Under the pieces are notes generated by a model. The model ran no database searches, was not told the DNA's origin, and was given only the letters and a program-made list of their open reading frames with translations. This document shows positions 56,364 to 64,000 of a stretch of DNA of 64,000 nt, in pieces (within the stretch, counting starts at the first letter, position 1; the number at the start of each line of letters is the position of its first letter). A program made the translations under genes and the position numbers. Source of the DNA: Gemmatimonadaceae bacterium (lineage in GTDB: Bacteria > Gemmatimonadota > Gemmatimonadetes > Gemmatimonadales > Gemmatimonadaceae); assembly GCA_019186945.1 (NCBI GenBank), contig JABAQJ010000002.1:149897-213896 (forward strand), given 5' to 3'.

Positions 56364-58088
56364 TCACGGTGCGACGGGTTCCATGGTGCGAAGGATAGGA
56401 TAGACCGCCGGCGCCGGTGTGGCGCCTAACACGGTATCCAGGATATTCCACGCCATCAGCCCGTCATCCGAACGCGGATCCATCAGCATGAACGCCAGCC
56501 GCGCCAGCGGCTGGTCCAGCGGCACGACCACGGATCCGGCGGGGATCCTTTCTTCCGCCGGCTCCCACGCTCCCTCGATCGTACGCAGTCGGTGCGTGCC
56601 CTGGAACGCGCGTTCTTCCTGTCGCGACGCCGCGATTGCGAAGCGTTCCGCCCGGATCGTTCGCTCACCCGTCGTTCGGAAGAACCGTACGCCGTGGGCG
56701 TCGAGCCGATCGACTACGCTGGCGATCATGCGCGCTGCGGCTCCTCCCATCTGGCGCGGACCCGGCCCCGCCGGCACCACCGATGCAGGGGCCGCGTCCG
56801 GCGCTGGCGCGGGAATGACGTAGGCACGCGGCGCCACCGTGGTCTCCGTCGGCTCGACGGAACCGTAGTGCGGCATCACTTCGACGCGTTCGCTCCCGTT
56901 CAACCGGCGACGCATGGGCCGATCGGGAACGTATGGATTCCGCTCCTCGACCACATCCGCCAGCACCGCCCGCGCCGGCTCCGGCAGCTTCACCAGCTTC
57001 CCTCGCACAGACTGTGGCGTGCCCACGATCGATTCCGCATCGGCAGCCGCAGTCACGCCGCGGATCGCGGTGCCGTTCTTCGCCGCGAAGTCGATGATCT
57101 CCTCGACGAACCAGTAGTCCGCCTTTATGCGATCCTCGAACGTGGCATAGGCATAGGTCTCCGACAGAATGCCTATGCGGTTCCGAATTCCGAAGTACGT
57201 GTGCGTGTAGCGCGGCTTGTAGAGGTCCAGATCTCCCGTCCAGGCGCGTTCGCCCATGAAGGACGATGCGCCACCGTAGTAGAAGAAGTCCCATCCGTGT
57301 TTCTCCTTGACGGCCTTCGTAACGGTCGGGAGCAGGTCATCGCGCAGCAGGCGCGTGATTCCGGGCGATGTGTTCGGGTTCAGCGGAATCTCGTACGTCA
57401 GGTAGAAGCCGTGATCGCTTCCGTTCGTCGTGTGCAAGTCGACCGCAACGTGCGGATCGTACTGCGTGAGGAGCCTCGCCAGGGACCGTGCTTCGGGCGT
57501 TTCCATCTTGATCGCGTCGCGATTCAGATCGAGGTCCTGCGCGTTGGGCCGCTGACCCATCCCTCCGACCGGGCCGTGCTGGCTACCGCGATTCCTGACG
57601 TTCACGCGTTCGTTTCCGTCGGCGTTGTAGATCGGCGTGAAAAGGAGCACGACATTGCGCAGCCATGCGGCGCGTTCGCCCTTCGCAATCGAACGCAGCA
57701 TCCAGAGCAGCGCCTCTTTCCCCTCGACCTCGCCCGCGTGGATGTTCCCCTGGATGAAGACCCGTGTCTTCCCCGTGGCGAGCACCGCCTCCGGCGTCGC
57801 GTTCGGGGCGCCAATGACCGCGAGCGGCATCGGCCGGCCTTCGTAGGTATAGCCGTAGGTCGTCAAGTGGATCTGCGACGACGCCGACGCCATCGCCTGC
57901 ATGAACGCAATCACGTCGGCATATCGACTCGTTTCCCGATAACCGGTCGATTCCGGGCGCGTCAACGGCCACGTCTTGGCAGCACGCTTCGGGTTTTCCT
58001 GTGCCAATGCCGGCCGTACCTGCGAGCGCGCGAACAGGACGAAAAACAGCATGCTGGCGAACGCACAGGCGCGGATGGTACGCGTCAT
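56364..58088 (-). CDS. M14-family zinc carboxypeptidase, secreted
   Basis: Signal peptide from the internal M (MTRTIRACAFASMLFFVLFA), HAGE zinc motif (HxxE), and M14-like length and composition. Confidence 0.7.
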   Translation of the reverse strand: MTRTIRACAFASMLFFVLFARSQVRPALAQENPKRAAKTWPLTRPESTGYRETSRYADVIAFMQAMASASSQIHLTTYGYTYEGRPMPLAVIGAPNATPEAVLATGKTRVFIQGNIHAGEVEGKEALLWMLRSIAKGERAAWLRNVVLLFTPIYNADGNERVNVRNRGSQHGPVGGMGQRPNAQDLDLNRDAIKMETPEARSLARLLTQYDPHVAVDLHTTNGSDHGFYLTYEIPLNPNTSPGITRLLRDDLLPTVTKAVKEKHGWDFFYYGGASSFMGERAWTGDLDLYKPRYTHTYFGIRNRIGILSETYAYATFEDRIKADYWFVEEIIDFAAKNGTAIRGVTAAADAESIVGTPQSVRGKLVKLPEPARAVLADVVEERNPYVPDRPMRRRLNGSERVEVMPHYGSVEPTETTVAPRAYVIPAPAPDAAPASVVPAGPGPRQMGGAAARMIASVVDRLDAHGVRFFRTTGERTIRAERFAIAASRQEERAFQGTHRLRTIEGAWEPAEERIPAGSVVVPLDQPLARLAFMLMDPRSDDGLMAWNILDTVLGATPAPAVYPILRTMEPVAP

Positions 58089-58274
58089 CGGAGTTACTCG
58101 GTGGCGGACACTCACAAAGCGACACAATCGCACACCGAATCGCAATCCGCGTTTGCGACATCGTCCGCCGTTCGACGGGAATCCAGGATTGGGTTTCGTG
58201 CGCTCCAAGCGGCAATTCGCGTTTTCGGCCACGCCTCGCATGTCGCCTTCGCATGGCTGCTGGCTCGTAGTCGT

Positions 58275-58650
58275 TTAGTGAAAGCGGACGTTCCGCTGGC
58301 GTGCGAGCCAGCGGTCGCCCTTCGGCTTGTGCATGCTAGAGTTGTCGAGGATGACATGGATCTCGACGCCGGGCGGGCAGTCCGCCACGACCTCGTCCTC
58401 GAACCGGAGAAATTCGCGACGCCGGCGGGCGCCAGTAGTGCCCGGCTTTCATTTGCTCGGCGGCGATATTCAGTGCGGCGAAGTGCGTGGTTGTCTCGTG
58501 TCGCGTGTAGTCGTGGGTATGGCCCGAGACAGCGCGCCCGTTGGGCCGCCACAGAAAACCCTGCGCGCGTTCCAGGGCTTGGTTATGCGCCCTCTCCTCA
58601 ATCGACAACACGATGGTGTTTGTCGGCGGATGGAGATACCGCCCTGGATG
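58275..58650 (-). pseudogene. IS630-family DDE transposase, decayed C-terminal remnant (frameshifts and a premature stop)
   Basis: Two frames together encode ...LSIEERAHNQALERAQGFLWRPNGRAVSGHTHDYTRHETTTHFAALNIAAEQ... and ...EFLRFEDEVVADCPPGVEIHVILDNSSMHKPKGDRWLARQRNVRFH*. These match the IS630 blocks DEK.QIQAL.R, THDY.RHGTT.LFAAL and EFL.FL...VH.VLDNY.THKH...WLA.HPRFH. The N-terminal half is absent, since the copB stop is at 58696. Confidence 0.6.
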
Positions 58651-58695
58651 TCTGCGACTTTCGGCACGAACTCCGGATCCGTACGGACGTTAGTG

Positions 58696-60834
58696 CTAGA
58701 GCTCAACTCGCCGCAGTAGCTGGGCATTGACCGCGACCACGATCGTGCTCAGCGACATGAGCCCGGCCCCGATCGTCGGAGAGAGCACGAACCCCGAGCT
58801 GGCCAACACACCGGCAGCCAGTGGGATGGCCACGATATTGTAGCCGGCTGCCCACCAGAGGTTCTGGACCATTTTCCGGTAGGTAGCTCTGGACAGGCGG
58901 ATGATCCGCGCTACGTCGCGCGGATCGCTTCTCACCAGCACGACGTCGCCAGCCTCCACGGCGACATCGGTCCCGGCGCCCATCGCCACGCCAACGTCCG
59001 CCGTCACCAGGGCCGGCGCATCGTTGACGCCGTCTCCCACCATGGCAACGCGCTCCCCCGATCGTTGCAGCTCCTGAATCCTCGCAGCCTTGTCTGCCGG
59101 CAGCACGCCAGCGAACACGGTATCGATCCCGAGGTCGCCCGCTACGGCGAGTGCAACGGCGCCGGCATCGCCGGTCATCATTACCACCGCCACGCCGTCG
59201 GCGTGGAGCGCATCGATCGCCTCTCGAGACTCCGGGCGAATCATGTCGGCAACCACGAAGGTGGCCAGCACCGCGTGCTCGTGAGGCCGCCGCTCGATGA
59301 GGAAGACGGTGCCTTCCCCGCGTCCGCCAGCCTCAGCCACGACGCGTTCGAGCGCATCGGGGAGCGTCGCCTGAAGCCAGGCGAGCAGCGTCGGTCCGCC
59401 CACGTAGAGATCCCGCTCCTCGATCCGCCCTCGCACGCCGCGACCGGTGTACGCCTCGAACCATGCGACCGGAGGAAGGGCGAGTCCACGTCCGCGGGCG
59501 GCGCGCACGATGGCGCGTGCGATCGGATGCTCGGAATCGCTTTCGATGGCTGCCGCCAGCCGCAGAACGTCGTCAGCTGCCAAGCCGTCAGAAGGCGTCA
59601 AACCCACCATGCCAACTTCTCCCCTGGTCAACGTGCCAGTCTTGTCGAACACCACGGTGGTCACGTTTCGCGCCTCTTCGAGGCCGCGGCGATCGCGCAC
59701 GAGGAGGCCCGCCTCCGCACCCCGCGTGGTCGAAATCGCCACCACGAGCGGAATCGCCAGCCCCAACGCATGCGGGCAGGCAATCACCAGGACGGTCACC
59801 ACACGCTCGACCGCGTAGGCGACCGTTTGACCCGCGGTCATCCAGCCCAGGAACGTCAGCGCGCCGGACCCGAGGGCGATCCATGTCAGCCAAAACGCGG
59901 CTCGATCGGCAAGTGCCTGAGCGCGAGACCGCGTTGCCTGAGCCTGCGCGACCAGCCTGATGATGCCGGCCAGGGACGTTCGATCCCCTGTCCCCATCAC
60001 TTCGATCCGCATGGAGCCCGAACCGTTCACGGTTCCCGCTATCACCCGGTCGCCGACATCCTTGCGGACGGGCACTGACTCGCCAGTGATCGCCGACTCG
60101 TTGACATCGCTGACGCCAGCACGAACGATCCCGTCAGCTGGCACACCCTGACCGGGCCGCACCAGCAGGATGTCTCCCTCTCTCACCGCCGATATCGGAA
60201 CCGCTTCCGTGAGTTCGCTCAGATCCTGCGCGCCAGCAACAACCCGCGTTGCAACGTTCGGCAGCAGCCGGGCAAGTGCCCCAAGCGCACCCTGCGCCTG
60301 CGAGATCGCGCGCATCTCCAGCCAGTGACCAAGGAGCATGATCGTGACGAGGGATGCCAGTTCCTCCCACAGGGGCATCCCGGGATAGCCGGACGCGACG
60401 GCAGCACTGAACGCGAACGCCACGACGATGGCGAGTGCAATGAGCGTCATCATTCCTGGTGCGCGGTTCCGGAGCTCACGAACGGCGCCCTGCAGGAACG
60501 GCCAACCCCCGTAGGCGAATACCGCCGTGCCGCAGATGGCGGGTATCCACCAGCTACCGGGAAACATGGGCGCCCGATAGTCGAGGACACTCTGCATCAT
60601 GTGACCCCAAACCAGCGCCGGCAGCGTGAGGAACAACGTCAGCCAGAACTTGTCGCGGAACATCGCCACGCTGTGGCCTGCGTGCGCATCGTGTCCCGCG
60701 TGCCCCTCCTGGTCGCCGTCAGCAGCGTGTAGCACAGATGTATCGCCCGCAGGGTGCACCGGCTGTCCTGACTGCGAGTCGTGTCCGTGGTGTTGGTGCT
60801 CGTGTTCGGCCATCTGTTCTCCATGCGCCAGCAA
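58696..60834 (-). CDS. copB: CopB-type (P1B-3) copper-translocating P-type ATPase with a His-rich N-terminus
   Basis: The N-terminus EHEHQHHGHD...HAGHDAHAGH is histidine-rich. Also present are the TM6 CPH motif (ACPHALGLA), DKTGTLT, MTGDA and VGDGVNDAP. Confidence 0.85.
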   Translation of the reverse strand: MLAHGEQMAEHEHQHHGHDSQSGQPVHPAGDTSVLHAADGDQEGHAGHDAHAGHSVAMFRDKFWLTLFLTLPALVWGHMMQSVLDYRAPMFPGSWWIPAICGTAVFAYGGWPFLQGAVRELRNRAPGMMTLIALAIVVAFAFSAAVASGYPGMPLWEELASLVTIMLLGHWLEMRAISQAQGALGALARLLPNVATRVVAGAQDLSELTEAVPISAVREGDILLVRPGQGVPADGIVRAGVSDVNESAITGESVPVRKDVGDRVIAGTVNGSGSMRIEVMGTGDRTSLAGIIRLVAQAQATRSRAQALADRAAFWLTWIALGSGALTFLGWMTAGQTVAYAVERVVTVLVIACPHALGLAIPLVVAISTTRGAEAGLLVRDRRGLEEARNVTTVVFDKTGTLTRGEVGMVGLTPSDGLAADDVLRLAAAIESDSEHPIARAIVRAARGRGLALPPVAWFEAYTGRGVRGRIEERDLYVGGPTLLAWLQATLPDALERVVAEAGGRGEGTVFLIERRPHEHAVLATFVVADMIRPESREAIDALHADGVAVVMMTGDAGAVALAVAGDLGIDTVFAGVLPADKAARIQELQRSGERVAMVGDGVNDAPALVTADVGVAMGAGTDVAVEAGDVVLVRSDPRDVARIIRLSRATYRKMVQNLWWAAGYNIVAIPLAAGVLASSGFVLSPTIGAGLMSLSTIVVAVNAQLLRRVEL

Positions 60835-60870
60835 GCCACCCCGCGCCAGGAGGCGGCAGCAACATGCCCA

Positions 60871-63800
60871 TCAGGTGCCGCCGGCACCGGTTCGGATCGC
60901 GCGTGCTGGCTCCACTGCACCCCCCGCGAGCGATCGTGAAGCACGCGTGAGCTGCCACTCCCGCCAGAGCGAGTAGAATGCCGGGATGACGACGAGCGTC
61001 AACACGGTGCTGGACACCATGCCCCCGATCATCGGTGCCGCGATACGCTTCATCACACTCGCGCCGGTCCCGTTCCCCCAGAGAATCGGGAGCAGACCAG
61101 CCATGATGGCCGCGACGGTCATCATTTTGGGACGCACACGTTCGACCGCGCCCTCCATCACGGCCTCGTAAACATCGCGAGTCGCGAGCTGCACCCCTTC
61201 TGCCTCGCGTCGAGTCCGGCGATCCCGCCAGGCATGATCCAGATAGATCAGCATGACGACGCCCGTCTCGGCGGCCACCCCGGCGAGGGCAATAAATCCG
61301 ATCGCCACCGCCACCGACCAGTTGTAGCCGAGTAGCGACACTAGCCAGACGCCACCGACGAGCGCAAACGGCAACGAAGTCATCACGATCAGCGTCTCCG
61401 GAACATTCCTGAAGTTGAGATACAGAAGCAGGAAGATGATTGCCAGCGTTGCCGGGATGACCAGTTGCAACTTCTCCTTGGCGCGCTCCATGTACTCGTA
61501 CTGGCCGCTCCAGACGATACTATAGCCGGTCGGCAGGGTCACCATGTCGTCCACCATGCGCTTGGCGTCGTGCACATAACCGCCGATGTCGCGATCCGCG
61601 ACGTCGACATACACCCACGCCGTCGGCATCGCTCCTTCCGTCCGCACCACCATCGGCCCGGCCACCTGTCTGATCGTGGCGAGCTGGCCTAACGGTATCT
61701 GGGCAACGCCTAACGCCATCGCCGAGCCCGCCGTCGTCGGTCCCATGCTCGACGCGCCCATGCCGGCGCTGGCGGAAACGCTGGCCCCCTCGTGGCTCAT
61801 CGGCACCAGCACGGACGCCAGGCGCTCGGGCGTGTCCCGCAACTCCGCGGGGTATCGCACACGCACGCCGTAACGCTCGCGACCCTCAACCGTCTGCGTG
61901 ATCGTCATGCCACCGATGGCGGTAGCAATCACGGTCTGGACGTCGGCCACGTTCACACCGTGACGCGCGGCCGCCGCCCGATCGATGTCGATGTCCAGAT
62001 AGTAGCCGCTCACGGCACGCTCGGCGAACGCGCTACGCGTGCCCGGAACCATCTGTACGGCACGCTCGATCTCCTTCCCGATGCGCTCCAATTCCGACAG
62101 ATCCGGGCCGAAGACCTTGACGCCAACGGGCGTCCGGATACCGGTGGCGAGCATGTCGATCCGCCCCTTGATCGGCATCGTCCACGCATTCGTGACGCCC
62201 GGCATCCGGACCGCGGAATCCATCTGCGCGACCAAACCGTCGTACGTGAGGCCGGGACGCCAGCGCGATTGCGGCTGCAACGAAATGGTGGTCTCGATCA
62301 TGTCGAACCCGGCAGGATCTGTCGCCGTGTTCGCACGGCCAGCCTTGCCCCACACGCGCTCGACTTCGGGGAAGGACTTCAGAATGGAATCCTGCTGTCT
62401 GAGGATCTCGCTGGCACGTGCGACAGGTACGCCCGGCAGCAGCGTCGGCATGTACAGAATCGTCCCTTCGTCCACCGGCGGCATGAATTCGCTGCCGATG
62501 CGCGTCCAGGGGATCCAGGTGCCGACCAGCGCCAGCGCGGCAACGAGGATCGTCGGTCCGCGGTACGTCAGGACCAGGTCGATGACCGGTCGATACAGCC
62601 AGATCATGACGCGATTGAGCGGATTCGCCCGTTCGCGATAGATCCGCCCGCGTACGAAGAGGCTCATTCCCACCGGCACGAGCGTGATCGACAGCAGGCT
62701 CGCGGCCGCCATCGCGAACGTCTTCGTGAACGCCAGTGGCTTGAACAGCCGGCCTTCCTGGCCCTCGAGCGAGAAGACAGGCAGGAATGACACGGTGATG
62801 ATCAGCAACGAGAAGAACAGCGCGGGCCCGACTTCCTGGGCACTCTCGATCACGATCCGTCGCCGGTCGGCAGCGCTCAGGTGACGCGTCGTGAAGTAGC
62901 GACGATCCGTCCCGGACTCGTCAGGCGGCGCCGCGCGCTCCAGGTGTTTGTGCAGATTCTCGGTCATCACTATCGCGGCGTCGATCATCGCGCCAATCGC
63001 GATCGCAATACCGCCGAGTGACATGATGTCGGCGCCTGTACCCACCAGCCGCATGGCGATGAAGGCCATGAGGATGCCGATCGGAAGCGTGAGCACCACG
63101 ACCAATGCCGAACTGGCATGCAGCAGGAACACCACGCAGACCACGGCCACGATGAGCGATTCCTCGAGCAGCTTTCCCTTCAACGTCTCGATCGCCCGCT
63201 CGATCAGCGCGCTGCGGTCGTAGACGGTCCTGACGACGACGCCGGACGGGAGGCCCTTCTGCACTTCCGCCAGCTTCGCCTTGACGGCTTCGATCGTCGT
63301 AAGCGCGTTCTGGCCCGACCGCATGACGACGATGCCACCGACGGCGTCGCCACGTCCATCCAGGTCGGCGATCCCTCGACGCCCGGCTGGTCCAACGCTC
63401 ACGCGGCCCAGTTCGGCCACGCGGATCGGCGTGCCAGTCGCGGTCGCCCCCACGACCACATTCTCGATGTCGCGCACGTTCTTGAGATACCCGAGGCCTC
63501 GCACCATGTACTCGCGCTCGGACAATTCCATGGTCATCGCGCCCACGTCGTTGTTGGCGCTCTGGATGGCGCTCATGACGCGTGTGACAGGGATGCCGTA
63601 CGCCAGTAGCCGAGCCGGATCGAGGTCCACCTGGTACTGCTTCTCGAATCCGCCCACGCTCGCCACTTCCGAGACGCCCGGGACCGCGGTGAGTGCGTAT
63701 CTCAAGTACCAGTCCTGCAGGCTGCGGAGTTCCGCCAGGTTCAATCGCCCGGTAGTGTCCTCGATCGCGTACTGGAACACCCAACCCAGCCCCGTGGCGT

Positions 63801-64000
63801 CCGGTCCCAGCGTCGGCGTGACGTTCGCCGGAAGCTTGCCCTTGATGCCGCTCAGATTTTCCAGCACCCTGGAGCGGGCCCAATATGGATCCGTACCGTC
63901 CTCGAAGATGATGTAGACGAAGGAGACGCCGAAGAACGAGTAGCCGCGTACCACGTGGGCCCCCGGCACCTTCAACATCTCGGACGCGATCGGATACGTG
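60871..64000 (-). CDS. cusA: CusA/CzcA-family heavy-metal efflux RND transporter; N-terminal ~90 aa lie beyond the right window edge
   Basis: [84 protein letters not shown]... is nearly colinear with recalled E. coli CusA from residue ~95 ([35 protein letters not shown]...). The track start at 63978 is an internal Met. Confidence 0.9.
   Translation of the reverse strand, partial: [1042 protein letters not shown]

Noticed and set aside
1-64000. CRISPR arrays, rRNA genes, integrons, retron-like ncRNA/RT pairs
   Set aside because: No direct-repeat/spacer periodicity, no rRNA-like conserved blocks and no reverse-transcriptase or integrase motifs were seen on either strand.

Overview
This is a high-GC bacterial chromosomal segment with about 45 supported genes. 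The ORF track shows GTG-initiated ORFs with a leading M, so at least GTG starts are accepted. It also omits ORFs that run off the window edge without a stop. From left to right the window holds: (1) a partial TolC-family outer-membrane efflux gene at the left edge; (2) a locus of secreted hydrolases and nutrient-uptake genes. These include two paralogous esterase-family lipoproteins, a 1166-aa repeat-rich adhesin-like lipoprotein, a PHP phosphoesterase, an S15 CocE/NonD hydrolase, a SusC/SusD pair, a substrate-binding protein coupled to a Cache hybrid histidine kinase, an FKBP PPIase, an S9 peptidase, a CBM9/DUF5916 outer-membrane protein and a TonB-dependent receptor; (3) a pair of genes sharing a DUF3391-like N-domain (a HEAT-repeat protein and an HD-GYP phosphodiesterase); (4) a lower-GC island abutting a tRNA-Pro(GGG) gene. 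The island carries an EcoRII-like CCWGG restriction endonuclease, Vsr and an HTH-fused Dcm-type methyltransferase, an IS3 transposase remnant, a DarT/DUF4433-like gene overlapping a small upstream ORF by ATGA, and a P-loop ATPase fragment truncated at the tRNA; (5) an aromatic amino acid operon (DAHP synthase, AroH-type chorismate mutase, prephenate dehydratase) preceded by a Phe/Tyr-codon-rich leader ORF and a terminator/antiterminator, consistent with a classical attenuator; (6) a cluster of signal-transduction genes, including a LytS-type kinase made of two tandem modules whose second module looks catalytically dead, a LytTR regulator, a PAS kinase, a REC protein and a REC-PAS-GGDEF-EAL protein; (7) a metal/metalloid resistance region with arsR-arsM-GNAT, an M14 carboxypeptidase, a decayed IS630 transposase, a CopB-type P1B ATPase and a partial CusA/CzcA RND pump at the right edge. 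No CRISPR array or rRNA was found. Product calls rest on recognised motifs and recalled family sequences; no database searches were run.
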